This document shows, piece by piece, positions 41,272 to 56,200 of a stretch of DNA of 64,000 nt. A program made the translations under genes and the position numbers. Numbering within the stretch: position 1 is the first letter of the stretch; every line of letters starts with the position of its first letter. Where the stretch lies: assembly GCF_000150275.1 (NCBI RefSeq), contig NW_002060945.1, forward strand, positions 879,872 to 943,871, given 5' to 3'. The notes under the pieces were generated by a model, which worked only from the letters and a program-made list of their open reading frames with translations, was not told where the DNA came from and did no database searches. The stretch comes from Trichoplax adhaerens. Lineage: Eukaryota > Animalia > Placozoa.

Positions 41272-43772
41272 ATGTCAGTAAACTACGCAGAAAATCTATC
41301 TCATTATCCAAACAAGGGTAAATGTGGCCAAGCCGAGGTAAGAAACCTGTTGATACTACAGTACTACGTAGTAGGGATACAGCAAAAGACAGACTGACCA
41401 GTTCACGATTCATAGTATTACAAAGGTTTGAGACCTTAAAACTCACAGTCAGCGAATGAAAGTTAATCTAGCAAAAATCAAAATGCTTCAACAGAGCTGG
41501 GAACTTGCTGTATTACTTATAGTTTATACGTTCTACTTTCAATCCACTACTTTTCCATAGCTGTGTAACAACGCTAAACTACGCTCGATATTGTGCATTG
41601 ATGTAATAAGTGCTTGCTGCCGCTTTCAAAGCTGTTAAAGATTAAGTAATTGTCATCACTTCATTGATATGCGATGCTGTTTACGTAATGTTATATTTAT
41701 TACTAAAGTACAGCAGCTTTACTATTAACATAAGATATTGTTAACAGTACGAGTAAAAATAGACTATGTGTTTCAGATCTTGAAGTCTTAATACCCCCAT
41801 CGAGCAAGCGATAATACCACTATGCTAAAAATTTCGATATCATCTGTTGTTCTCTTAGATATTTGATTCCACTGAAGTACTACAAAGTAAAATTAAACAA
41901 CTGGCAGAAATGATTAAAGCCAGCAAGTATATTGTAGTACATACTGGTGCAGGTATCAGCACCAGTGCTGGAATACCCGATTTTAGGTGAGTGATAATTA
42001 ATAATACATATATTGGATAGCCTTTAGCTAACAACTGTAACTGTAATTGAACGAGTAATTTATTATCACTAATCTTGTGGTAAATGCTGCCTTTTATTGA
42101 CGAGTAGAGTAGGTTTATACGCGTAATGTTCTATTTTAAAATAAATAAATGATATTGTAACAAGTTCGATAATAATCGCCTTTTCTTGCACATTAAATTC
42201 TCTATCCAAAAACCCTGATTTAAAACATTCAGTCTGTAAGGTACAGTACAATTAAATTGGATTAGGTACAGTACTAGCAAAGAAACACTTGCAGTACAGT
42301 AAATCTAGAGAGCAGGTATCATTAGGCAACCAATTACTTCTATTGATCAATTTTAAACTGCTCCTCTCAGGGGCCCTCGAGGCGTATGGACATTAGAGGA
42401 AAAAGGCAAAAAACCGGAAATAAATATTACATTCGAAACTGCTCAACCTACTTTAACACATATGGCAGTAGTCGAACTAGCCAGAGCTGGCATTGTGAAA
42501 TATGTAATTAGTCAGAACGTTGACGGTTTACATTGGAAATCTGGCCTCCCAAGGTAACATCTAATGTGTTTAAATTATTTTATTTCACTACTGATGCATA
42601 ACAAGTATCACTTGGCTAATACTTCAGTAAAAGAAATTGTGATTACTATAACTCGTAGTTAATAACTATCACGATTCATTCTGTTATACGCGTATAGTGC
42701 AAACATGAAGTACCGGAAACTTAACTTACTATGTCATTCTTATTGCCCATAACAGAAACAAAGTATCGGAACTCCATGGAAACATGTTTGTTGATAGATG
42801 TGATAGATGTTATCAAGAATACTGTCATGCTCATGCCTCAGTTACCGTTGGATGTAAGAAGACAGGCACAAGATGCACTCGTAACGATCGATGCAGGTAA
42901 ATTTGCCTATCCACGATACACTGACATGTCGTAATTGTCATAATTGCACACTATCATTGTCTTTTTGGCTAAAATTTGCCTAGCAGATCCGCTAAATGCT
43001 GATACATATCATCTAAAATCATCGTACATGATTTGTACCTTAATTCTTTTTATTTTTACAGAGGCTATATAAGAGATACAATATTAGATTGGGAAGATTC
43101 TCTTCCAGAAAAAGACCTACTCTCAGCTGAAGATCATCTAAGGTGATATATCACGTAAACACAGCTCCGAGCCTTGCCTTTGTTGAAACCTTAGTTTTGT
43201 CATCTAAGTTTCACATAGAACGAAAGTTGTTCCGTTGCGATACCAAATGAATTATGTTCCTAGTCAATTTCATTAACGTATTAAATATAATTCATGGCGT
43301 ACTGTTTTTAGGCGATCTGATTTATCTTTGTGTTTGGGTACTTCACTCCAAATTAAACCGAGTGGAGACTTGCCTCTGCTAACGTTAAAGAACAACGGGT
43401 GCATAGCGATTTGTAATCTACAACCGACAAAATTGGTAAGGCTAACTACTATCAATATTTAAGAATACGTTTCTCTAATATATTAAATCTTGTAAACGAG
43501 ACTTCTGAACATTTTTCTGAGCTTTTATATTTATAATAACATGTATTACTGGATAGGACAAAAAAGCGTCATTATGTATCCATGGCTATGTTGATCAAGT
43601 GATGATCGGTGTTATGGACGAATTGGGTTTACCGATACCAAAGTATTCACCAATGATAACAGAAAATCTATTAAAAAGGAAATTCGATTGTATCAAGGAA
43701 GAGAGGCTCGTGGATGGAGAACCTGATAATAAAAAAGCTCTCACCAATCACAAGCGTCCGTCCGGATGCTAA
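41272..43772 (+). CDS. SIRT6: NAD-dependent deacylase sirtuin-6, 7 exons (41272-41337, 41859-41986, 42371-42553, 42756-42896, 43062-43142, 43312-43435, 43557-43772)
   Basis: [22 protein letters not shown] (SIRT6-diagnostic N-terminus), [16 protein letters not shown]|[60 protein letters not shown]. Confidence 0.97.
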
Positions 43773-43872
43773 AATCAAAGATGAAATTTTTATATATATT
43801 ATTAACAAATTCATTAAGCTACTCTTCGTGATATTCATGAATGTAAATAACTTATTTGTAGTTACCTCACGT

Positions 43873-45114
43873 TTAGTCCCTACTACAAACGGCCAATGAC
43901 ATAAGATAGGGAGATACCTGTGTATAGTAATTAAAGTTATTTGTTCCGATGTAATGGACAAAACGAACTGCATCTATATACGACACGATCTAATCATCGG
44001 TACTACTACATTTTATACAGTACACCGTTGTTCCCAATTTTGCAATAGGTACTAGATATTCCATATTTATCTTTCGATCTGATTAATAAAACACTATTAT
44101 TGAACTTCTTCGGGCTTGCTATAGTTACAGAAAGTCCTCATTAGAGCTTACCTGCAAAATTCTGAAAGCACATTCATAATCACCGTACGTGCCGGTTAGT
44201 GTAAGTGAGCTCCAGACCTTGACAGCATCTCTATATAGAATGGAATAAAGAAATAAGGCAGGGATCATCACACTGTAAACCCCAAATCTATGGCGATGCA
44301 ATTATACGAATTGTAATCAGGTACAATCTGTAAATGCATCTAGTAACCCAATTACACATAAATGGATTGTTGTTAAATTACTTCAATAAGTATCCGCCGA
44401 CCATCTATACAGTAAAATTACTTATTCGTATATCATATTGCAGAATGATTAGAAAGTACAGTGCTGTATTTCATAAGATCGTTAAATTTTGACCTGGTTA
44501 TGAACTAAGCCGATAGACAAAAATGTATAAATATACGCGTATGCGTATATTTACGCAGGTACACAGTGCCAAATAGCCATAGAAAGATACACGAATACTA
44601 TTCATTGAATAGTCTAAATTTATATTAATAGCGAAAGGCAACTAATTCGTTTCAAGTGACCTAGATTTCGTACGTAAGATGGCTTCAAGTTTGCTCTGAT
44701 CATACTTCAAGACATCAACAGTCATTATAGAGCCAATCTTAAATACAACATTATAGAAAGTACGTCAAAAGCTGAAAGAATGGATGATCTTTGCGTATTC
44801 ACAAGTATAAGACGAGATAATATAACGTACCTCTCCGTACACAGACTGTAGGCACGAAATAATGATGGATTTAAACCCCTTTTCATCATCTACAGTGACA
44901 GATCTGTCAGTAAATTCCCTAGTATCTCAACAGAAAGAGAAGATTAAGTTACACTTAGAAAAACATGCAATACTATATACTGTATGCCCAAGTTACGTTT
45001 AGCTGAAAAATTGATTCATTTGCAATGAGTGCAATCTCGATTATAAAGTTGATCTTCCAGTTCTTACAATTTCACTTTAAGATAAAAGAATTCACAGCTA
45101 CAATTTATCTTCAT
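43873..45114 (-). CDS. RPP14: Ribonuclease P/MRP protein subunit p14 (Pop5/Rpp14 family), 5 exons
   Basis: MKINCSCEFFYLKVKL|EFTD...FKSIIISCLQSVYGE|IGSIMTVDVLKYD...AILRTKS|RDAVKVWSSLTLTGTYGDYECAFRILQ|VSPYLMSLAVCSRD*. This aligns with human RPP14 (YMKVCLEF...FKQLLISAVKDLFGE...VKLWSSLTLLGSY...CAFRVIQVSPFLLAL). It is not in the ORF track because the exons are small. Confidence 0.9.
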
Positions 45115-45257
45115 TTCGTTTCTTCTTAATACAGCAACCACAATCACTCCACTACATTGCCGTATCTCACACTGTTAACGTTTCCGATAGCACCTCCTAT
45201 GGTCTCTAGTCTCTTCCTCCTTCCATAAAAATCGTAAAAATTTACAGAAGAGAGCAT

Positions 45258-45298
45258 CTAAAACCAGAGCTAAAACCAGAGCTAAAACCAGAGCTAAA
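45258..45298. repeat. Perfect 12-bp tandem repeat (CTAAAACCAGAG)x3 upstream of RPP14
   Basis: ctaaaaccagag ctaaaaccagag ctaaaaccagag ctaaa. Confidence 0.95.
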
Positions 45299-45299
45299 G

Positions 45300-45440
45300 A
45301 TCGTGCAGCACTGCCGGTCTACAGTACTGTACTATCTGGTTCAAGACTGCCCAAGAGCTGTGTCATACTGTACTGGACAGTACAGTAGTGTGCAGCGTAC
45401 ACAGGGTAATTTGGTCGGTCTGGCTACATGTCCGTACAAC
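45300..45440 (-). promoter_or_regulatory. RPP14 promoter region with pentamer array
   Basis: acagtactgtact, tactgtactggacagtacagtag; locally GC-enriched. Confidence 0.6.
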
Positions 45441-47211
45441 GTTCTCCTTGATTCGTTCTTTTAGCAATCCAAATAGCTTTCAATATTTTAATACTACATC
45501 TAAGTTGCAGTCTATCTCGATTTAGCGTAGCTAAAAATTTAAATCTGATGAAACTCATTACGATAGCAGAAATTTCTATTTTACCAATCGAGTTGCGATG
45601 AACAGATTTTAAAACTCTTAAATGGGCAATCTTCTAACTCAAAGTCTACATTTATTTTACCTTATATAGTGCTTTCCATTACTGTACAGTACATTGCTTT
45701 GCTCCATATAATTACTGGAAGTATTTCCAAAATATGCAACTACCGTAATTAGCTTGTAGTGTATGAGTTTTTAACTCTAGATTCGCAATGCTACAACTCA
45801 AAATTCTGAGTTATTAAAACAGAGCAAATCTCTAATGTGCCACAAATAGTTAACATCGTATTATTAACTTTCAAAGTAACGTTTTTTTTAGGACATACTA
45901 TCACAACAATTACTAACCTACCATAGCATCTTAGATCTCAAATATCCATTAACTGTTTCAATCCACTGTAAAATTCATTACTTTCGAGCTCTTATTCTGA
46001 GTATAGATGCATTAATGACAATTGTATTTGTATTAATATCTGATAGCTTTATCCCTCCTCCCCTCCCCCAAAAATGGTTAGTTGACTTTAATATTGCGGG
46101 ATAATTTTTTTATATATGCGTATGTCAATCATATTATTTATATTTATGTATAATACTTGTGTTAACAATATTTCAATATTGAAAATGATATTTTATTATT
46201 CCACAGACAAGACAAAATTCGGCACTTGATCGGCGATAACTTACTGAATTTTGATGTAGAATTAGAGCAGTAATAGCTTAGCAATAGTTTACAACATAAT
46301 CAATCGTTTCTGCCAAGATTAGGCCTTCAATTGGCTATAAAATAACAAGAAAAGGTACAAAAGAGATGAAGTAGAACTGAAATATATCTATGCAGTAGCA
46401 ACTACCGAGGTATAATACAACCCATGTATAACCTCAGAAAGGCCTGTTTTGATTGATATCAAACTATAACAAATTTTCAAAGGAAAATGTGATCATTCAT
46501 TATCGCCTGAATCAATTAATAATTGCAAGTTAATCATGAGAAAGATTGATAGATACGCAGTGTTAGAAACTAAAATAAACCCATATTTTTAACTTTGTAT
46601 CTTTGATAGTAAATTATAGTTACCAATAACTATGCCACGGTAATATTGAAAGTGCAAGCCGATTCAATATGATGAAATATTATAAGTCGTATAATAGCGT
46701 TGAATATTCAACTAACTTCTTACAGACATAATACCTTAAATACGATGTCAACAAGGAGCAAGATCAAGCCTTGCTAAACAAAATAATCTCCATTGCAAAG
46801 CAATTGCATGGATAAGTAAAACAGTTTGGTTAATGTAAGGAATTATGAATGCTGGACAAACTATAAATTTATCGTTTCTAAAGATGGGAAACACATCCAT
46901 CAACATTTAAATTTATAATACATTCGTATTTGCTAGCTCGGAGCTAGACAGCGAGTACAAATATCAGAAAAGATGTAATTAATATCACCTTATAGCAATC
47001 TATACTTAGAACTTGTAATAAAAAATCATGATAGAGTAGAAACACAACATTCGATTTAAAAAAGAGGCTTTAAATACCGATACAAACAACTTAATTATTA
47101 ATGCTTATTGAAAAGAAAGCAGAGTGCGACGAAACTCAGTTGCAAGATTGATCCCGAAAAGATGAAGTAAATCTAGATATTTAGTATTTTTCGTTCCACT
47201 TCATTTCCCCT

Positions 47212-50200
47212 TCAAGGAATTCTATGAAGTATATCTGGCTCCGACATGCTATGCTTTTTAGTTGATTTAAACGACCCAATCATACTACTCTGCTTGAAGT
47301 AAAAGGACAACTGATATCATTATTAATATTAATATTCTACCAAACAATCAAGTTGCTATTTATATCTTAATAAAACTATAAGCTACTAGATTTTACATAA
47401 AAATGTAATAGGCGCAACTTAGAGGAATTCAACGGCTGATATGCTGTACAGTACATAGACTGCAGATGACGCTCTATTCCGATAAATTCACTAAACGATA
47501 GACTGCTTACAAGAAATTTACTAGAGAATAATATCATGGCAATTTATTTTAGCAGTCAAAAATAATTAACGCACAATTTGATAGATAGAACTTTGTATAA
47601 TATTAGGTAAGCTAAAAATATTTATAGAATTGATCGGTATACATAATTTACTTACGTTGTTTTGTAATGATTTCGCCATATCTACAAACTGTGGTCTTTG
47701 AGCGATATTATGCGACCAACACATGTTGATAATTTTCTGTTTATTGTGATTAAAAATAATAACAGGTAGTATCAACTTAAGTATAACACTAAAAATTTCC
47801 TCATATTTATACATTTTTACTAAAATAAATATTGTTAAATATTTTGTATCTTTCTACCTTTAATTTTGGTGGACAATTGATATGATTCAAACTCTGCTTA
47901 CAACCATTTCCAATTTTCCATATAGTAACATCCTCTGGTTCGCCAGCAAATGGCCATTCAAATGCGACTAGTTCATAAAGTATAGTTCTACAATATATAA
48001 GAAAATTAAGAGTTAATGTATATATGTATTCTGTAATATAAATTTATTGATATACTCGCTCGTATAAGTTCTAAGATAAAAATGATAGCGTAAAAGCCTT
48101 TACCCAAAAGCATACATATCGGAATAATATGTATAGGGCATGGACATGTTGAAATTCGGTGGATCAACAATCATTGTTCTCATTAATTCAGGACTAATAT
48201 ATGTTAAATGGCCATGTGGAATAATACTGGTGTTTTCACTACGATAAGATGTGCCATTATAAGTGCTATAATCTGTGATTGAAATTTTCACTTTTGATTC
48301 TAGAAAAATATTTCTAGAACACAATTTGGTATGAACGATTCCTTTGGCATGTAAATAACCCATTCCGTGTGCAATCTGACGCGCAATTTGCAATTTAGTC
48401 TTCATCGATAATTTATCGTGGCGATGATGTGTGTGATGATATAATGAGTGTCCTTTACGCATGCTACAGTGAAAATAAGACATACTATATTACAATTTCA
48501 GAAGATTAAGAACGAGTATCGTAGTTATATTTATGTAATTACAACATCATGTTTTTAATCATTTTCTGACGTGATCTACTCGTATACTGTATACCGTAAT
48601 TCCACTCAAATTGGTTCGAAAAAATTATCATTAATATGTACACATATTAATAATTATAACAAACGATGAATACTAGAATGTCCATTTAATGTTTTACCTT
48701 GTAATAATTGCATAAAATGGGGGTTCGAAGCAAGCTCCCATAAATAAAGAGATATTGTCATGGCGAATCATACTTAAAATAGATACTTCTTGCCATAAAT
48801 CAGAAATTTCCTTCTTATTTAAATTCTCTCTTGTATGAATCATAACTTCTCCATGCCATCGGCCTCTGATATAAGGTATTAGTCGCATTAGAAAAATATT
48901 AAATTACCCAAACGAATTACAACGTTATCATATGAATACGAAACTAACTTGTAGATGGAACCTTTATAACCAGTTTTAAGTCGATCACCAAATTTTAGAT
49001 CACAAAGAAGAACTAGCCATTCTTTTAAGGATTCCTGCAGCATTAAAAGGAAATAATTGTATTAAAAGGAAATCTTTTACCACGCTTAGTTGTTAATATA
49101 GCAGCAATGCTACATAATAAACGACATACGATGTATCATTAGCAAATTATTTAATTTTTAAAGAATGAAATTTTCTTGTAACCTTAAGTTCTTCAAATTG
49201 ATCGTCGAAAGCGTCCCCTGATACCAAGTGTAATCGTTCATAATTGTTATGGCCATTATAGGGAGGAGATGAAACAGGAGTACCTAAGATTTAAAGCAAT
49301 ATTTTTCAACATCCAAGTTACAATCATCAGCTTTTAAGAATAGAATACAACACTCCTATCTTACCTTGATAACTAAATTGAGTATTATCCATAGGGAAAT
49401 GGTGACCAGCACTTTGAGGCCATGTACTTGTGATAGAATGGCGGCGCTCCGATGGCGCTGGTGATGGTGGCATTAGAAATTGTGATGAATGCATTGGTAA
49501 TGTATTTGGTGATGTAACAAGGCCTGACAAGCTGTTAAAACTATCTGAGTAAAATGATGACGAATAAATAGACGATGCTGATGAGGGTAACAGCGAATCT
49601 TCATCATTTGTATACGACGCTTGACTATGATATTGTACTGACTGCAAATCCGATTCATCGGCGGTACTGCCAAAGAAATTGGCATTTTTAACCCCTGGAG
49701 TGCAAATATTTGGATCGGAATGGCTATCACAATGCATTTCTAACCCAAATGTTGAAGTTTTGTCGCGACATAGCAAACTTTCATCCACGGTATGGCTTTG
49801 ATTTAGTTCACTGAAATGACATGAGTTACTGAATCGATCTTGTTGTTTTCGTAGATCTTCAGGTTGTGTCGACAAAATAATATCCCTGCTGGTTGTTTGT
49901 ATTGTTGTAGTCATATCTATTAGATAATATAGACAAAATTAATTGTAAACCAACGGAAATAAATGAACATAAACAATCATGGAGAGTAAGGGAGCATCCA
50001 ATCAATCAAATATTTCATATCCCTAGGTATAAAACAAGACATGAAATGCTAAAAGAACTCTCTATTAAACGTTATGAGGTTATTTCTTCTCGTTTTATAC
50101 CAAGGTCAATTGATGAATATAAATAAATGGCACTAAATGGAGTATTGTAATGTTTATTTATGTAAAAGTAAAATTGAAAGAAATTACTATAAATTCAATT

Positions 50201-53200
50201 TCTATTTGCAAATAACAATTAAAATGTTCTAGGACCTTGATAATCAAAATTCAACGGCACTCTCATGTCTATCAATTTCAATAATATTTAAAAATAAATA
50301 CGGTAACTCAAACTATTTTACCCCATCAAGATTTAAAATATTTATATTAGTCTCTCCTAAAGGAAAACTGCAGTAGCTTTTGGAAATTGCTTTGATATTT
50401 AGAACCCAAAAAATAAAAGAAGTGCTACATTTTTAAGTCTAATGTATAATATACATAAACACAGGAATTATAGCAAGTCAAGAATTGAGATTTTTTGTGC
50501 TAAAAATCTTCATGAATATAAAAGTAAAATTAGCATTAAGAATTACTTATTTTACTATAATGATCTGAAAAAGTGAGTGTCGAATCTATGGTAAAGTACC
50601 CTATCCATTGATATTAATTATCTGACTTCCATCGTGGAGCGTTACCAGTCCAAAGGATATTCCTTTCAGGAATTACTAATGTCAATCATCTTGATGCATT
50701 AGATGGCCTAACTGTCACTAGTTATTTTAGTCTTCCGCTGAGAGATAAGAAGCTGACCAGATGGCAATTTCGGTGCAGTCTTTTACGTATAAAATATTAA
50801 AATTGTTTGAAAACTTTTTTCATCTAAAACAGATTCGCAGCGAATACCATTTAGGCTCATTTTGTTAGCTAGTGATAGTATTAGTTGATTACTACAGCTC
50901 AATGTTATAAATTTAAGTACACACTTTCACATGTTATCGCGATTGCTTCGCCTAAAGTTAACCTTCATCCCTCGAAAATTCATATTACCATCTGTAAACA
51001 TGTCAGATAAATTTCATAATAAAGCATACCGATACCTTTTCTTTCCTTTAAAGTACTGAAAACGTTCTTAGCTTTTTAACCAAAATACGCGTAAGTAATG
51101 ATAGAATAAGCTCACTTAAAGTGCCATAAAGTAACAATTCCCATCACGAACGATCGTAATTTACCGAGAAGGTTTTTAAGATGGTATAGCCAAAAATGAT
51201 AAAATAATACCTTATCTGTAATCCTTTAAAGGTTCTGCGAGTAGTTTGTTTTCCAACTTGGATATTTTTTGCATTATTATCAAAACAAATGGAAGTTCGA
51301 TTATAATTAGGAAATACATTACGTGGCATCAAAGGACATCGACATAAGAGATCAATGTTGTGGGAAAAGAAAACATGACACGAAACAGACTGTTGATCTT
51401 CTAGTCAAGCATTCAATACATGACATGATTTTCAAGGAAGATCTATCAAGAGGACTCTTAGATACATTTTTTATGCTGAACTTTCGATTTAAATCGTAAT
51501 TATACGTTACTCCAAACATTGTTGACTATTACCGCTAATTGTGAACGATCGCTTTCATGACGCTATCGGTAACTTTTGAAGTTTATAATAATTGAAAAAG
51601 CGCTGATATTGATTATGACTTATCGCCTCTAATCGCAAATGACGGTATAATAATTGTAAGTAATCAAAGAAACTAGAATATGAGTTATTACTGTCTAGGT
51701 TGTAAAGATATGAATGTAAAATATAAGATTAAAAAAATAATTGATTGGTACAACGGTAGTCTCCGATACACTAGATAGTCGCAAAGAAAAAGTAGCATTT
51801 AACCTGAATAAATGCAATGGGTTTTTACTCATGTCGAACAAGTTCTGATAATTATAATGATTACATTGTGCAAGACAATTTTATCCGTTAAGAATAGTAA
51901 AATTCTGAAAATACAACATACAACAAAGAGGATGTGATACCTTCCTAAAATCAATGATTCAACATCCTAAGTATTGTCGCAGATCAATCCAATTTTTATG
52001 GCAAACGGTACTTATCAAGGCTTTAAAACGCCAGACTCGAATTAATTAGTACTTACTTTTCCAGAACAGTTATTCAATAAATGTTTTAGCTAATTTTTCT
52101 TGTCACCCAAGCAAAAAATTTAAAATTTAATCTCTACTTCATCCTTCAATATATAACTCGAATAGGAGGACATTTAAACAATAAATGATACGTAGGTGGA
52201 ATTAGAAAGAGACCATGACAAAAAGATGCTGGAGGAAACTTCCAATAATATCATAATAACGGGCGACAGTTATACTAACAATAAAAGGACGTTTGTTTGT
52301 GGCTCACTAACTAATTTGATATCCTGCTATTAATTCATTCCATCATTTAAGTGAGCAAGAGTTTGTTGATAAAAGTGCACCATGCCTTAGTTTGTTTTTA
52401 TGCATTTTAATGACTACACTTAATCGATCAAGAAATAAAAGAAAATGACTCCGATATAGAAAAAAACCTACGCATTGGTAGCTGTGGCGTATCATAAATT
52501 AGAATGAATCAGGTCAAATTTTTTCCTTTGAATTCGCTTTTCTACAGCGGCTTCAAGACCCTAAACATATCTATACTCGCTCTATCTCTAGCCATAGTGT
52601 TATCGTACGCTATTACAAAATTTATCGTAGGCAGTAGGCATGAGATTATCATTATTAAAGATATGGAGGTGGCACAGCTGGCGTATATTGACTCTTAAAT
52701 AAATATCATTACCAATGCATCATTTTTCAATACCTTAATCACTTGCTATCGATCTATTCTCTATCAATACGGCATCAATTAATGTGTCTCTTTAAATTAA
52801 AATATATAGTTAGAACTATCAATTGTATTAATTAGTGATCCTTTTGTTTTCATCTAATGAACAAGGAATAGACGTTGTTGATCGCTGTACAAAAGTAATG
52901 TAGTCCGCTATTTGGGGTAAAGGGCCAAAGTGGCGAGCCATAATAGACGGCTTGTCTCATTACTAAACAATATAATTAAATAAGACAGGAAAACTGTGTC
53001 GCTTACAATAAAAATCTTTAATTTGTGCTGTGTTTCTTCTTTTATAGTATTTTAAATAGAAAAAGTAAATATAAGCTCAAAAATACCCGAATGGAATTAT
53101 TTTCTATAACAACGATCAGCCAAGACTGGCCAAGATAGAAATATAAAGTAATAATGCAAGGAAAAGGTCAAAGGTAGTCTACTTGGGACACTTGAATAAT

Positions 53201-56200
53201 TGTAGTAAGAAGCGATAGTAATCATAATAAATCCAAGCCATCACAATTCAAAATATTCCTTGAAATTATGATTTTTAAGTCAATACGTGTAAACTATTAA
53301 TGTTATCGTGACTTGATATAGATTTTATAGCAAATACTAGCCGATATATCCAGTCATAAATCTGATGCTTATTATTGATGAGGATGACACTATCGATCAT
53401 AACAAGTTCGGAACCTCCAAATATACATTACATCCATAATTTTAGGTCAATTCATTAGAAACTGATCAAAATAAGGTTAATATAACCCTGATTTCAACTG
53501 ATTGGTGATTAATGATCTATGATCTAGACATTATAGGTTACTAATAATAATATACAATCTAAAGTTGATGTTAAAGAGTGTAATATCGAATATTACAATC
53601 TACGAATAATACTTCTTATCCTATCAATTTTAAGCAAGATGTCTACATGTAGTCAATGCAGAAAGGCTTGTTTGATCATTATATTATCCTGTAATATCAT
53701 GCTAGTGATATCTACTTTTCAATCCGATATTTAGGTATTTAAATAAGTAATAAAGTCGATCATAATCTATAAGCAAACATAACACAATATTAGCTTTCTC
53801 AAGTAGTATTGCTAAATGTCTTGTACAGTATATTGTGACCAAAGGAATACCAGAACTAATTCTTATAATTGCAAGTGGTCTACAGTACAGACTCCTAAGA
53901 TTTTAATAATGATAATTAATTCCTAAATTGTGCAGTCTAAAAAGGAAGTAAATAATATACGATTTTAAAAATTACTAGTACTGATTGAGTGCTATAATAT
54001 TACATCAAAGACTATTCCAGCGTAATATATGTATCTTCTTGAAATAACTTTCATTTAGACCATTTCTTATAAAACCTAACGATTGCCTGAACAAGATTCG
54101 GTAAATAAATCTATTTTTCTGTTCTTAATAGACAACTACCAACTCAGTATTGATATTGGCAAGCTTTTAAAAGTCACAAGTATTCCATAAAAGTAGAAAG
54201 TAAATTGTAAACTTCTAATTTGCTTGAAAATAATAAATACATTTTATCAAATTGACTACATGTCTCTTTCTTAAAGCACGTGATTGCTTAATACTACTAC
54301 TTGATTGAAGTAGATAATTTCCTATCTGATATTTTGATGACAAAATGAATACGGTATTCAATCACTTTGTTACACTTCTTGCTAGGTATATAACAATATA
54401 CGAGATGATCCATCCCCATAAATCTGTATAAAATTATTATTATTGCTTATGTACAGATATAGACTGGACCGGAGTAAATTACGACATATAGAATCACTTT
54501 TTCTTTTACATTAAAAATTGAACACAGGATGCCATTAAAAGCTACTCTAACCATTTGCTTTAGGTAGTATAATGAGACTTCAGGTGTCGATATTAGAGTA
54601 TTGCCAATAGGTTATTTTTTACACTTGATAAAATTTTAGTATACTTAATTTAGACATCACAAATCATAAATCATTATCATTATTAAGAGACATAAAATTA
54701 TAATCGAAAATAAGCCCATAATTATTGCTTATCTAACAATTATCCCTGAATAATAACTACTTTAATGTATATAAAATAATTGCTAATTATACTGTAAGTA
54801 TTACTGAATAGGTTTATGGATAAAAATATACCGTATAAAATTTATAGAATGTACCACATTAATTTTCTCCTCACTTGCAACTTAATATTTTTTATCAAAC
54901 CAAAGAAAATAGACTATCAAGTAGCGTAATGCAGAATAAAATAGACAGCAATTATAATATACTTTGTCAAATTTCTTCTTATGTTTTAGTACTTTCCATC
55001 CAAATCAAAGAAAATAAACTATTACCGTAATGCAAAGTAAAACAAATATCAACTTAATAGTTGGGCAATCTTTTATTCTTGAATAAGTGTTATAATTATC
55101 GCCATCATCGTAATAAATATCTTGATGATTATGTCGCGTAGGATGTGAATAGACTCAATAGACTTTACCGAGAAGATATATTGCATTAGTCAATAGAAGA
55201 GATTAGCTTCAAATTTAAATTCATGCATGCAGGCATTGTAGTTAAATAATAATTAGCATTAAGGCTGATTTTAATACTTATAGATAGACATAAATATAAA
55301 TTAATCGTCCATGATTGATTAATGATTATGTTATGAAACTAGAAATGATCGTATATTTACTATTAATAATTCGAAACAAAAATCCATTCAAAATGTAATG
55401 ATTATTCCGTCATGTACTATAATTGTATAAATAAATAATTATTGCCACACGTAAGTTAGTAGTGGGAAGTTCCTTCTATAGCATAACTTTATATGAGAGC
55501 AACCCATCTGTTCCAATTATCTATTCCTTTCTGTTTGTAAACAAATTTTTGATGAAAATCTGATATATATGAGACCTACACGAGATCTGAGAACAAATTT
55601 TTAAACATCGTGCTAACATCACGTTGGTCTTAAAAAGTTATCAGAAAAAAGCGGCTTGACTAATACATGAAATTATCACATACGTGTACAAGTTATATTA
55701 ATTATTGTTGACTCCAAATTTTCTAATTATGGCCATAAATCATAGTGAATTTACAGAAAATGCTTAATATAGCTGTAGATATCAAAATACGGTAGTCAAT
55801 TTGGTATCATAGAAATTGTATAAACCTTTCTCTTTACTATTCTTTCATGTCTGCATTTGAAAGAGATAGATAATTATAAGTAAATATTAGAGCCGAAATG
55901 TCCTATTTTAATCTTAAAAATTGTATAATTGACTGAAATCTAGTGTATCATATTTCGAAAAAATGATTGCTAATAGCCTATAAAATTACTGTACAAGTAA
56001 ATCTGCTTTGAGCCATTATTATGTTGAAATTGTAGCAATCGTTTCTCCATGGTATTTATATAAATGTTGTAGAGATTTAAATAATCCGACTATTCTATGA
56101 AATAGCTAGTATTTCTATATTAGCTGTGCTGTCACTCAATCGCGACTAATGGGCAGTTTGCAAAATGACCGATTTCGCATACGGTCACGTTCATATATAC

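Noticed and set aside
43671-43973. 100-aa minus-strand ORF downstream of or overlapping RPP14 as a possible HTD2 cistron
   Set aside because: No MaoC/hot-dog dehydratase motifs. It is an alternative frame over the last RPP14 exon and antisense to SIRT6.
44250-44335. Possible C/D snoRNA in the RPP14 intron (GUGAUGA present)
   Set aside because: The box C lies close to the 3' splice site with no downstream CUGA or terminal stem.
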